Shown in pieces: positions 29,612 to 41,572 of a stretch of DNA of 64,000 bases. Position numbers and translations under genes: made by a program. The notes beneath the pieces are model-generated. The model had not been told where the DNA came from. It was given only the letters and a program-made list of their open reading frames with translations, and ran no database searches. The DNA comes from an uncultured Candidatus Rokubacteria bacterium. Lineage in GTDB: Bacteria; Methylomirabilota; Methylomirabilia; Rokubacteriales; CSP1-6. Position 1 is the stretch's first letter, and each line of letters opens with the position of its first letter. The stretch is from assembly GCA_963758635.1 (NCBI GenBank), contig CAVWWD010000004.1, forward strand, positions 192,001 through 256,000. The letters are read 5' to 3'.

Positions 29612-31560
29612 ATGACACGAATGGCGCGGATCGTCGTCTGCGGGATGTTCGCGATGTCCGGGGTGGGTGCGGCGCACGGCCAGGAGCAGCGGAGATCGCT
29701 CGGGAGCCCCCGTACGGGGCAGGCGAGCGGCCGCTGGGTCGGCCTGCTCTGCGCCGTGTGCCTGATCCTGAGTGCGTGCGCCGCCGGCCCGGTGGGGGCG
29801 GTTCGTGTCGATCGCCAGGTCGCCTACGAGGACGTTGCTCGGAGCGCCATCACCACCCATGACCCGAGCTGGCCAAGCCGCAATATCCTGCTGGAACGGG
29901 GTCTCCTCACCACCTCGGGCGAGGGCACCGAGACGGCGCTGGCCGCGCTGCACCGGGAGATGGTCGCGACGGGCGGCAATGACGACCTGCTGTTTGCGCT
30001 CGCGGAGCTGTCGTACCTGCACGGGCGGACGACCGGGAAACGCGCCTACCACCTGGCGGCCGCCGTCTACGCCTATGCCTTCCTCTTCCCGGAAGGGGCG
30101 GAGGCCCCCCCGGTCGTTTCGATCCGCGCGTCCGACTCGCGGCCAACCTGTACAACTGGGCGCTGACCTCGGGGTTCGCGTCGGAGGACGGAGCGGAAGT
30201 CGTCCCCCGTGGCGGCCCGCTCGCGCTCCCGTTCGGGGGACTCGAGGTGGCCTTCGATCCCGCCGCGCTCAGAACCGGAGACCGCGAGCTGCACCGGTTC
30301 ATCCCGGTCGCGGAGCTCGACGTGTACGGGCTCGAGATGCGGTATCGCTGGTCGGGGCTCGGTGCGCCGCTGGCCGCCTCCACCCGGCCCATCGACGGCT
30401 CGAAGCCCGGCCGGGACATGGTGGCGCCGCGCCTGCAGGTTGCGGTGACCGCCCTCCTCCGGATCCCTGATGCCCGGCGCGCCCTCGTGCAGGGCCGTCC
30501 GCTCACGGGCACGCTGGAGCTCCACCCGGCCTGGGACGCGGAGTCGGTCTCGATTGCCGGCGAGCAGGTTCCCCTCGAGAACGAGCCGTCGGCGGCCCTG
30601 GCTCTCACGTTCACCGGCGTGCCGGTCTTCCAGCTCGAGACGCTCGGCCTGTTGGGCCGGCTCAGCGGGCTGATGCGAGACCGGCCCCCGCTCGTCTCCG
30701 CCACCCCCTACCGTCCCGGGCTCATCCCGGCCGTCTTCGTGCACGGCACGGGGTCGAGCCTGGTCCGGTGGGCGAAGATGTACAACCGGCTGGTCGGCGA
30801 CCCCGAGATACGCAGGCGCTTCCAGTTCTGGTTCTTTCAGTACGATTCCGGCAACCCGATCGCGCTGTCATCGCTCCGCCTGCGCGAGGCGTTGACCGCG
30901 GCGGTGGAGCGGCTCGATCCCGAGGGGCGCGATCCGGCCCTGCGCCAGATGGTCCTGATGGGTCACAGTCAGGGCGGTCTCTTGACCAAGATGCAGGTCG
31001 TCAGCACCGGAGATCAGCTCTGGAACGCGGTGGCGAGAAAGCCGCTGGACGAGCTGGAGCTGTCCGACGAGACCCGCAACCTGTTCCGCCGCGGGCTCTT
31101 CCTCGAGCCGGTGCCGATGGTCACGCGGGCCATATTCATCTGCACGCCGCACCGGGGCAGCTTCGTGGCCGGGCGGCGCGTGCTCGCCAATGTCACCCGG
31201 CAGCTCTTGAGCCTGCCTTTCACCCTCACCGGGGTGGCGGCCGACATCAACCGGAACCCGGGCGCCGCGAAAGTCGGGTTCGTGCCGACGGCGGTCGACA
31301 ACATGTCGCCGGGACATCCCTTCCTCATGGGGCTGCAGGAGATCCCGGTCGTCCCGTCCGTCAAGGTCAACTCCATCATCGCGGTCGAAGGGGACGGCAA
31401 GGCCGAGGACGGAGACGACGGCGTGGTCAAGTACTCCGCCGCCCACATCGCGCCCGTCGAGTCCGAGCTGGTCGTGCGGTCGGGCCATTCCGTCCAGGGC
31501 AATCCCCACGCGATCGAGGAGGTGCGGCGCATACTGCGTCTGCACGCGGGCCTGAAGTGA
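29612..31560 (+). CDS. Alpha/beta hydrolase lipoprotein (frameshift near 30110); start uncertain
   Basis: Lipobox LSAC, FVHGTGSS, GHSQGG nucleophile elbow, TPHRGS, DGVV, GHS. Confidence 0.85.
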
Positions 31561-31783
31561 CGCCGGAACTGGCCCGCGGGACAGCGCGGCTCGAAGCGGG
31601 GGCGCCTGGATCAGACCCTGCCGTTCGAGGAGCTTGCGCGACGCAGCCTGATCAACGCGGCGGCGCAGGATGCGGACAAGGCACCCGACTTCTCCCGGCG
31701 CATCCGGGCGGGGCTCCCGTGAATCCGACCAGTGTCGACTCAACGTGCTCTCCGCGAAGCAACTTCCACGACAGGAGGTCGAC

Positions 31784-33222
31784 ATGACAGGATCCAACGG
31801 CACGACCTCGGGGAGAGGTCGAGCGATCCGCGAGCTGCTGACGCGTGCGACCATGGTCGGGCTGCTCGTCCTGACCGCGTCGACGCCGGCCCGCGCCCAG
31901 CCCGTCGCAGTCCCCGACACCTGGGGCGGTGACTTCTGGTCCCGGCCGCGGCTCACTGGCAGCTGGGGCGGGTTCCGCGACGAGCTGGGCAAGAAGGGCG
32001 TCGTGCTCGACGTGGACCTGACGCTGACCCCCCAGGCGGTGCTCGGGGGCGGCCGCGACACCGGCGCCGAGTTCTGGGGCAACGCCGACTACACGCTGAA
32101 CGTGGATACCGGGAAGCTCGGTCTCTGGCCGGGGGGCTTCCTCAAGGTCTACGCGGGGAGCAGCTTCGGCGAGAGCGTGTCCGACCGGGCGGGCGCGATC
32201 GTGCCGGTGAACACGATGCTGCTCATCCCGGACCCGAACGAGCCGAGCACCGGGCTCATGCACGCCACCTTCACGCAGTTCCTCAGCCCGAGGTTCGGCG
32301 TGACCGCCGGCAAGATCTTCACCCTCGACGCCCCCGGCGAGTTCGCGGGCGACTACCGCACGCAGTTCCTCAACACCGGGCTGAGCATCCCCATGAGCCT
32401 CGCCATGGTGCCCATCTCGGCATATGGAGGCGGCGTCATCGTGGTGCCGTGGGAGGGTGCGGTGCTGTCCGCGCTGGCGATCGACCCCAGCGGCACGGTC
32501 AAGAACAACGACATCACGGATGCTTTCGACGATGGAGTGATGGTGATCGCCAACGCCCAGGTCGCGGTCGCACCGTTTGGCCTCCGCGGCAACCAGCGGG
32601 TGGGCTTCATGTGGAGCGACAAGGAGCGCCTTTCGCTCACGCAGGAGCCTGGGAACCTCGCGCGGTTCATCGCCACAGAGACCTTCCCGCGGCTCGGCAA
32701 CCCTGGCCCGGTCCTGCGCCGGATCCTGGAGCGGTTCTTTCCAGAGCTCCTGGTCCCGGTCCAGCCCGCGAACCGGGAGAGCAGCACCTGGGCGATGTTC
32801 TACGGCTTCGACCAGTACCTCTGGCACCCGGGAGGCGACCGCTCCCGCGGGATCGGGATCTTCTTCACGTTCGGGACGAGTGATGGCGAGGCCAACCCCA
32901 TCAAGTACTCCTACAGCATGGGGATCGGCGGCAAGGGCGTGATTCCGGGGCGCCCGGCGGACACCTTCGGGGTGGGCTGGGCCCGCACCGAGTTCAGCGA
33001 GCGACTTCGTGACGCTTCCTCCGCGAGCAACTCCGGCTCGGGCTCGAGCGAGAGGACGCGCTCGAGGTCTACTACAACTTCGCGATCACGGGTTGGCTGA
33101 ACGCGACCCTCGACCTGCAGGTGATCGAGCCCGCTCTGCAAAAGAAGCTGGGCTCGTCCGGCCGCCTGGAGAACGTGGACACGACCGTCGTGGCGGGTCT
33201 GCGCCTGCGGGCGCGCTTCTAG
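31784..33222 (+). CDS. OprB-family carbohydrate-selective porin (frameshifted near 33000-33030)
   Basis: AGGAGG RBS, signal, RLTGSWGGFRDEL..KG, DTGKLGLWPGG, GRPADTFGVG, EVYYNF, C-terminal LRARF. Confidence 0.85.
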
Positions 33223-33246
33223 GACAACTCAAAACGGGAGGGACAG

Positions 33247-33714
33247 ATGGCCAGGGTGAGGTCCGGAATGAAGGCCGCGTCGTTCACGCTCGGGGCCATG
33301 GTGTTGTCTTTGGTCGTGGGCCTGGGGTCGCTCGTCGTGGCCGCCGAGGCGCCGCTGGGCCGCTGGAAGTCGATCGACGAGAAGACCGGCAAACCAGTCT
33401 CCGAGGTCGAGCTGTACGAGCAGGGCGGCAAGCTCTTCGGCAAGATCGTGGGCTTGACCGAGCCCACCGACAAGGAAGGTAAGGCCAAGACGTGCACTCG
33501 CTGCACCGGCGCCGACAAGGACAAGCCGATCGTCGGGCTTGTCATCATCCGAGACCTCGCCCTGAGCGACGGACGATACAAGGGCGGCACCATCCTGGAC
33601 CCCGAGGACGGCAAAGTGTACAAGGCCGAGGTCTGGACCGAGGAAGGCAAGCTCAAGGTGCGCGGCTACCTCAGTATGTTCTACAAGACGCAGACCTGGC
33701 TCAAGGGCAATTGA
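33247..33714 (+). CDS. DUF2147 family protein
   Basis: Signal, GRWKSID, GKIV, CTRC, GGTILDPEDGKVY, LKVRGY..TQTW. Confidence 0.88.
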   Translation: MARVRSGMKAASFTLGAMVLSLVVGLGSLVVAAEAPLGRWKSIDEKTGKPVSEVELYEQGGKLFGKIVGLTEPTDKEGKAKTCTRCTGADKDKPIVGLVIIRDLALSDGRYKGGTILDPEDGKVYKAEVWTEEGKLKVRGYLSMFYKTQTWLKGN

Positions 33715-33735
33715 GCTGGTGAGCGAGGAGGCCCC

Positions 33736-34494
33736 ATGGAGCCGCTCGGGATCGGCACGGTCGTGTCCATATGCACCCTCGGGGGTGCGCTGATCGGCAT
33801 GTGGCTGCGCGCGGTCTTGCCCGAGCATCATGTCCGCATTGAATCCCAGGACACCATGAAGCTCGGGATCGGGCTCGTCGCCACGCTGACTGCGTTGGTC
33901 CTTGGGCTGATGACCGCCTCGGCCAAGAGCGCCTTTGACGGTCTGAACGCCGCGATCAAGAGCACGGCCGCCGATGTCATCGCCGTCGATCGAGTCCTGG
34001 CTCGCTATGGATCCGAGACGAAGGATATCCGGGAGACGTTGAAGCGTGTCGTTGCCGAGCGGATCGAGACGATCTGGCCTCAGAGGCCCTCCCAGGGCGC
34101 CAAGCTCGGGGTGCCGGCAGTGGAAATGGGCGAATCGATCGTCGACCAGATTCGCGCGCTGGCGCCGCCGAACGATGCGCAGCGGCTGCTGCAGTCTCGT
34201 GCCCTCGATCAAATCGAGGCCTTGTTGAGAATGCGGTGGGCGGTGCTGGGTGAGCGCGGCACCTCGATCCCCTTGCCGTTTCTCATTGTTCTCGTGTTCT
34301 GGCTCACGATCATCTTCATGAGCTTCGGATTGCAGGCTCCAGCGAATGCAACCGTGCTCACCGTGCTGCTCCTCTGTGCGCTCTCGGTCGCGGGCGCGGT
34401 CTTCCTCATCGTGGAAATGGACGGACCATTCGACGGCTTGATCCAGGTGTCGCCAGAGCCGCTGCGTTTCGCGCTCACCCGTCTGGGCCAGTAG
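33736..34494 (+). CDS. DUF4239/bestrophin-like membrane protein
   Basis: GLVATLTALVLGLM, D..LARYG, LVFWL..IF.SFGL, EMDGPFDGLIQVS. Confidence 0.78.
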   Translation: MEPLGIGTVVSICTLGGALIGMWLRAVLPEHHVRIESQDTMKLGIGLVATLTALVLGLMTASAKSAFDGLNAAIKSTAADVIAVDRVLARYGSETKDIRETLKRVVAERIETIWPQRPSQGAKLGVPAVEMGESIVDQIRALAPPNDAQRLLQSRALDQIEALLRMRWAVLGERGTSIPLPFLIVLVFWLTIIFMSFGLQAPANATVLTVLLLCALSVAGAVFLIVEMDGPFDGLIQVSPEPLRFALTRLGQ

Positions 34495-35012
34495 GTGGTC
34501 GTCAGGCTCGAGCTCGTCGGCGAAAGGACATCACATCGCAGAACACCGCAGCGCACGTGAGCACGTGAGCCAGCCCTCTCAGCAGCGCCGCGGGCGCGGA
34601 GCGTCGGACGCAACAGCCGCGCGGAAGGCGGAGCACCCCGCCTCGCCCTAGGCGTTCTTCGCGGGTGAGAACGCGAACGTCGACGGCCAGGGCCTCACGA
34701 TCTGCCGCCAGCGCGGCTATCGCCGCGCCGTGCGCAGTCCGTGCCTCCGTCAGCGCGGCGGCGTACTGCGTGGTGGCTGCTTCCTGTTCGGCGCCGAGTG
34801 TCGCGACCTGGGCGGCGAGCGTGGGATCGCGACGGCGCAGGCGGTGTCGGAGTCGACAGTGGCGTGTGGCGTGACAGGGACGGCGGTGTCAGAGACGGCG
34901 GTGCCGGGAACGGCGGTGGTGCTCAAGACACGTCCCACGGTGCGGTGTTTCCCTCTTTGACGGACGTGTCACGCACGTTTCGGGCGCGTTCGCCCCAAAG
35001 ACTGTTGATTTC

Positions 35013-38000
35013 TCAGGAGCACCCCGTGGTCGTGCCGCACGTGATGCACTTCAGGCAGGTGCCGTTTCGCACCATCGTGAACTGCCCGCAGTCGCCGCAC
35101 GGGTCGCCCTCGTAGCCCTTGAGCTTGGCGATCTCGCTCGCGGTGAGGACGCGCGGAGCGTCGATGACCGCGCCGCTGCCGCCGCTGAGCGGCGCCGCCG
35201 GCCGGGCCGTCACCGCGCGCGAGACCGGCCGCGCGAGCACCGGACCGGACGGTCTCCGCGGCCACGGGCCCCTGTCCGGGCTTGGTGCCGAGGGCGTCGC
35301 TGCGCAGGTCGTCGTCGGGCACGTGGGAGAGGTCGGTGCGGCCCAGGTAGGTGAGGGCCAGCTCGCGGAAGACGTAGTCGATGACCGAGGTCGCCATCTT
35401 GATCCGGTCGTTGCCCTTGACCATGCCGTTGGGCTCGAAGCGCGTGAAGCAGAACGCGTCCACGAACTCCTCGAGCGGCACGCCGTGCTGCAGGCCCAGC
35501 GAGATCGCGATGGCGAAGCAGTTCATCAGGGAGCGGAAGGCCGCGCCCTCCTTGTGCATGTCCAGGAAGATCTCGCCGAGGCTTCCGTCCTCGTACTCGC
35601 CGGTGCGCAGGTACACCTTGTGCCCGCCCACGACGGCTTTCTGGGTGTAGCCGCCCCGCCGGTCGGGCAGCCGGTGGCGTTCGCGCAGGTACTTGGTGAC
35701 CACGCGCTCGGCCATCTTCTCGGCCACCGCCTCCACGTCCGCCTTGGCGACGGCCTCGTCCTCCTCGTCCGACGTGGAGTTGAGCGGCTGGGAGAGCTTC
35801 GAGCCGTCGCGGTAGAGGGCGACGGCCTTGAGCATCATCCGCCAGCCCGTCTCGTAGGCCCGCTTCACGTCCTCGATGGTCGCCTCGGCCGGCATGTTGA
35901 TGGTCTTGCTGATGGCGCCCGAGATGAACGACTGGGCGGCGGCCATCATCCGGATATGGGCGTCCACCGCGATGAAGCGCTGGCCCTTCTTGCCGCAGCG
36001 GTTGGCGCAGTCGAAGACGGCGAGGTGCTCGGCCCGGATGTGGGGCGCCCCCTCGACCGTCATGGTGCCGGAGCAGTAGTCGTTGGCCATCTCGATGTCG
36101 GCCGTCGTGAAGCCCAGCGCGCGGAGCAGGTTGCCGTTCCACTCGGCCAGGCGCGCCTCGTTCAGGCCCAGGCGCCGGCTCGCGTAGCCTTCGCCCAGCG
36201 TCCACTCGTTGAAGGCGAACTGGATGTCGAAGGCGCCGGCGAGCGCGGCCTCGATCCGGTCGAGGCCGTCCTGGTCGAAGCCCTTGGCGCGGAGCGTGTC
36301 GTGGTTGACGGCGGGCGCGCCGGCGAGCGTCTTGCGCCCCACGCAGTAGGCCACGATGTCGTCGATCTCGGACTGCGTGTAGCCCAGCTTGCCGAGGGCC
36401 TCGGGCAGGCTCTGGTTGATGATCTTGAAGTACCCGCCGCCCGCCAGCTTCTTGAACTTCACCAGGGCGAAGTCCGGCTCGATGCCCGTGGTGTCGCAGT
36501 CCATGACGAGCCCGATGGTGCCGGTGGGCGCCAGCACCGTCACCTGCGCGTTGCGGTAGCCGTGGGCCTCGCCGAGGGCGAGGGCACGGTCCCACACCTC
36601 GCGGGCGGCCTGGGCCAGCGGCATCGGGCAGTGCCGCGGATCGATGCCGAGGGGCGTCATGGTGAGCCCCTCGTAGTCGGCGCCGGGCGCGTTGTGCGCG
36701 GCGCGCCGGTGGTTCTTGATCACGCGGAGCATGGCGCCCCGGTTCTTCGCGTAGCCCGGGAACGGCCCCAGGTCGCGCGCGATCTCCGCCGAGGTGGCGT
36801 AGGCCTCGCCGGTCATGAGCGCGGTGATGGCGCCGCAGATGCCCACCGCCTCGCGGGAATCGTAGGGGATGCCCTGCCGCATCAGCAGCGTGCCCATGTT
36901 CGCGTAGCCGAGGCCCAGCGTGCGGAAGTCCCAGCTCTTCTGGGCGATGGGCGCGCTCGGATACGAGGCCATCAGCACGCTGATCTCGAGCACGGTGGTC
37001 CAGAGCCGGCAGGCGTGGCGGAAGCCCTCGACGTCGAAGCTCCCGTCCGGCCGCAGGAACTTCACCACGTTGATCGAGGCCAGGTTGCACGCCGTGTCGT
37101 CCAGGAACATGTACTCCGAGCAGTTGTGGACGACGACGCCCCCCGCGACGAAGTGGTGGGTGGCGTCCTCGGTGAGGTCGAACACGTCCTCCTCGCCAGC
37201 CGGCTCGATCGACGCCACCGCGTCCGTCAGCTCGTCGCGGTACGCGGCCACCTCGGCATTGAGGCGCGCCAGCGCCGCCGCCTTCGGGCTGTCCGGGTGG
37301 AAGCCGATCTCCCGCTCGAACAGGACGCGGGACGACCGGCTGATGCGGAGCGAGAACATCGGTTGCACGGGATACTCGCGCGTTCCGCCCTGTCCGTCCG
37401 GCAGGACGCTGGTGGTGGCGCTGCCGCGCCGATCGCCGTAGATCTTGGCCTTGATCCCGAAGGACAGCAGCAGGATCTGGACCTGGCGGAGAAGCTCCTC
37501 GGAGCTCGAGTCGAGCGAGACGTACTGCGACTTCTCCCCGTAGTTCGCCACCGTGCCGTCGGCCGTGAAGAGCCCGCGGAGGACCGCGGCGAGCCCCGGC
37601 CGGTCGAGGTCGAAGACCGCCGGGGTGAAGCGCTTGCGCTCCGACCCCTCGTCGAGCACGGCGAACCGGCGGAAGATGTCCACGACGGGGCGAGAGCCGA
37701 AGGCCAGCCGCGCTCCCGTGCCGGTCCTCGTCACGCCGACACCGTCGTTGCGGCCGACCGAGCCCGCCACCTTCAGGAGCGCCTTCTGCTCATTGAGCGC
37801 TTCGGCAACGGAGGCGAGGACCGCGGCCTCGTTCGCATGCATGGTCAGGATGACCTGGTGCTGGACGCGACCCTGGACGGTCGAGCTGACGAGGCATCCG
37901 TCGCCGACCGCCACGCCGACGCCGAGCGCCACGTGTGAGGGCAGGGTGGTGCGGCCGAAGCCAGGGCCCTGGAGGAACAGCCGATCGGTCGTGGTGAGGT

Positions 38001-39603
38001 CCTTCACCGCCACGTCGCCCCGCCCGACCGTGAGGACCCGGTGGTCCGCGGTGATCCGCAGCCGGTACCCTGACCGCGTCGTGAGCGTGAACACCGGCTT
38101 TCGGCCGGTCGGGAAGATGCGCGTCACGAGATGCGGCTGGCCGTCGGCGCCGATGATGCGGGCGGACGTGCCGACCAGCTCGTCGATGCGGCGCCAACCC
38201 TCGGCGGTGGCCACCGGGGTGTCGCCGGTCACGCACGGATTCGACGCGTTGATGCGGCCGTCCTCGGGGCAGGTGTGCCACTCGTTGATCGTGGTGTCGT
38301 ACTGCACGCCGGGATCGGCCGAGGCCCACGCCGCGTAGGCGATCTCGCTCCACATCTCGTCGGCGGGCACGCGGCGGGACACCTTGCCGTCGGTGCGCCG
38401 GGTGAGGGCCCAGTCGCCCTTCTTCTCGAGCGCCTCGAAGAAGCTGTTGGGCACGCGGACGCTGTTGTTCGCGTTCTGCCCGGCCACGGTCAGGTAGGCG
38501 TCGCTGTCCCAGTCCGTGTCGTACTCGGGGAAGACCAGGTCGGTGATGCCCTGGGCGGCGAGCTGGAGCGTCTTCTGGATGTAGGCCTCGGGCACCATGG
38601 CGGCCCGGGCCTCGCGGACGGCGGAGCGGAGCGCCGGGTTGGTCTTGGGATCCGCGTCGAGGTGGTCACCGGCGCGGCAGGCCGACACCACGGCCTGCAG
38701 GCGGCGCTTGCTCAGACGGGAGCCGGCCACGAGGGCCGCGACCTTCTGCTCCTCGACCGTCTTCCAGCGGATGAACTCCATCACGTCGGGATGGTCGAGG
38801 TCGAGGCAGACCATCTTCGCGGCGCGGCGCGTGGTGCCGCCGGACTTGATGGCGCCGGCGGCCCGGTCCCCGATCTTGAGGAAGGACATCAGGCCGGACG
38901 ACTTCCCGCCGCCGGAGAGCGGCTCGTTCTCGCTGCGGAGGCCCGAGAAGTTCGTGCCGCTGCCACTGCCGTATTTAAAGATCCGCGCCTCGCGCGTCCA
39001 GAGGTCCATGATCCCGCCGTCGTTGACGAGATCGTCGTTCACGGACTGGATGAAGCACGCGTGCACCTGCGGGCGCTCGTAGGCGGAGCTGGAGCGCGTG
39101 AGGACGCCCGTGTCCGGGTCGACGTAGTGGTGGCCCTGGGCGGGGCCGGCGAGGCCGTAGGCCCAGTGAAGGCCGGTGTTGAACCACTGCGGCGAGTTCG
39201 GCGCGGCCACCTGGGCGGCCAGCATGTGGCACAGCTCGTCCTGGAAGGCCTGGGCGTCCGCCGGGGTGTCGAAGTACCCGTGCTTCCCGCCCCAGTGGGT
39301 CCAGCAGCCGGCGAGCCGGTGGAAGACCTGCCGGGCGTCCCGCTCGCCTCCGAGCACGGGGCGTCCGTCCTTGTCCAGGACGGGCTTCCCGTCGGAGCCG
39401 ACCTGCGGCACCCCCGACCTCCTGAAGTACTTCTGGGCGAGGATGTCGGTGGCCACCGCCGACCACGCGGCGGGCACCGTGATCCCCTCCTGGCGGAAGA
39501 CCGTCGACCCATCCGGGTTCTTGATCTCCGAGACGCGGAGATCGAATTCCAGTCCGGTGTAGGGGCTCTGGCCTTCACGCGTGAACCGCCGAGAGATCTT
39601 CAT
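35013..39603 (-). CDS. nrdJ: Vitamin B12-dependent (class II) ribonucleotide reductase with intein, TSCPD domain and C-terminal zinc ribbon (frameshift near 35240)
   Basis: [70 protein letters not shown]-terminal CGDC...CITC. Confidence 0.96.
37123..38235 (-). mobile_element. Intein (371 aa) with LAGLIDADG homing endonuclease in nrdJ
   Basis: Begins CVTGDT, block [12 protein letters not shown] motifs VGVAVGDG and LRGLFTADG, block F VFDL, ends VVHN followed by +1 Cys of the NPCSE active-site motif. Confidence 0.95.
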
Positions 39604-39653
39604 GCGACCCTCCTGGACCGTTACGGAAGCATTGCGGGCTCAAATGGAACGAT

Positions 39654-39701
39654 GCCCAACATATTGGGGTCAGCGGAGCCGAGTCAACCCTTATTTAGTG
39701 C
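39654..39701. promoter_or_regulatory. Tandem NrdR boxes upstream of nrdJ
   Basis: GCCCAACATATTGGGG (39654-39669) and AACCCTTATTTAGTGC (39686-39701), 32 bp apart, resembling acaCwAtATaTwGtg. Confidence 0.8.
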
Positions 39702-39815
39702 TTGTGCCGATCTTCCCAAAGCTGAGGGGGGGGTCGGACGCGGGCGGGCGAACGCCGCTCAGACGCAGGGCGTCATGGACCGGGCCCACGGGCCGAGATC
39801 TACAATGAGCGGGCG

Positions 39816-40342
39816 ATGCGCTGGCTCGTGGACGGCTACAACGTGATCCGTCGCTCGCCGGAGATGGCCGCCCGGGAGCGCGAGAGCCTCGAGGCCGGAC
39901 GCCTCGCCCTCTGCCGCGCGCTGGCGGAGGCGGCGCGCGCCAGCGGCGACGAGTTCACCGTGGTGTTCGACGGCACGCACGCGCGCGGCCCCGGCTCAAG
40001 CGGCGGATGGGGCGTGCGCGTGGTCTTCTCCAGCGCTCGCGAGACCGCCGACCGGGTGCTGGCGCGGATGGCGCAGGGCGGCGGCGCGGTCGTCTCGAAC
40101 GATCGCGAGGTCAAGCGCGCGGCGCAGCGCGCCGGCGCGATCGCCATCGGCACCGACGACTTCCTGACCCGGCTGGAGCGCCTCTCGCGGCCCCCGGGCG
40201 CAGAGCGATGAGCCGGAAGGCGACAAGGAAGAGGAGGACGAGGACCGCGCCGGCAGGGGCTCCGAAGAAGGGGAATCCCCGCCGGCTGTCGAAGAAGCGG
40301 CGCGCGCAGGCGCGGGCGCTCGGCCGGCTGCGCCCCCGCTGA
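39816..40342 (+). CDS. NYN/YacP-like PIN-domain RNase (frameshift near 40200)
   Basis: WLVDGYNV, VVFDG, VVFS..ETAD, VVSNDREV; basic tail KKGNPRRLSK. Confidence 0.85.
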
Positions 40343-40348
40343 CCCCGG

Positions 40349-41420
40349 TCAGTCCTCGTGGATCAGGCGGTACCGCCGCTGCAGGTACCCGTTCCGCACC
40401 GCGCTGTAGAAGTCGACCGTGGTCTCCTCGAAGCCCTGGAAGAGATCGAGGTTGAGCGACCGGTCGTTGACCGTGTCGATTATTTTCATCACGAGCCGCT
40501 CCCAGATGAACGGCAGCACGTAGCTGAGCGGGTCCATCGCCCCGTCCACCGCGTAGCCGATCCCGTCGCGGAAGGTGAGGGGAGCCATGAACGGCAAGAT
40601 CAGGTAGGGCCCGGGGGGCGTGCCCCACTTGCCCAGGGTCTGGCCGAAGTCCGCCTTGCTGGGCTCGATGTTCAGCTCCTGCTTCGCGATGTCCCAGAGC
40701 CCGCCGATCCCCGCCACGGAGTTGATGAGGAAGCGCGCCAGCTCGCGGCCGGCCCCCTCCCACTTGCCCTGCAGGAGGCTGTTGACCATGCGCGGGACGA
40801 AGTTGATGTTGGCGAAGGCGCGGCCGACCATGCGCTGGAGCTCATCCGGCATGACCACGTTGTAGACCGTTGGCGACGGGCTTGAAGACGTAGCGGTCCA
40901 CGTTGAGGTTGAACCTGAACATCACCTCGTTGAACTTCTCCAGCGGGTCGTACTCCTCGACCGGATCGTCGACGGCGCTCCGGGCCCCGGACGGCGTGTC
41001 CCCGGTCTGCGCCAGCCGCGTGTCGACCAGGCTCAGCGGCGAGGCGTCGGCGAGCGGGCTGGGGCCGGGATCCTCAGCGTCCGGCCCGGCGAGCGCCACC
41101 GGAACGCCGTCGGCCTCGACGGCCACTGACGCCGTCTCCGTCTCCGCGCCGATCGCCTCGTCGGGTTCCTGGACCAGCGCCGGGTCCGATTCCGCAACCC
41201 CGGCCGCCAGGAGCTCGCCGGGATCGGGGCCCGTGGGCTCGGTCGCCAGGAGCTCGCCGGCATCCGCTGCCGCGGGCTCGGTCGCCGCGGTGGTCGCGGA
41301 GGCGAGGGCGAGAGTGTCGGAGCTGAGGCCGCCGGAGAGGCTGCCGCAGCCGCTGAGGACCACGGCCATGACGCCAAAGACGAGGCTCGGTAGCCAAACA
41401 GATCTGGAGGGCAACGCCCG
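40349..41420 (-). CDS. mlaA: MlaA/VacJ lipoprotein with long acidic N-terminal linker (frameshift near 40865; start uncertain)
   Basis: Lipobox LSGC, YDPLEKFNE.MF.FN..DRY..KP, RFLINS..GIGGL, DFGQTLGKWG..GPYL.LP, DFY.AVR..YLQRR. Confidence 0.88.
41205..41286. repeat. Imperfect 39-bp tandem duplication in the mlaA linker
   Basis: CGCCAGGAGCTCGCCGG at 41205 and 41244; encodes ATEPAAADAGELL / ATEPTGPDPGELL. Confidence 0.7.
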
Positions 41421-41572
41421 TCTCTCCTTGGAGGCCCGCTCGAGAAGGCTCAGCTCGATCGGGACAGAGTGCAATAGCACGTAAGCGCTACCGGACAACA
41501 CTCGGACGAGACTAGCGCGAAACGCGGATCTTTTCTATGGCCGATCTACAGGGCGAAGGCGAGGGGGCGAGC

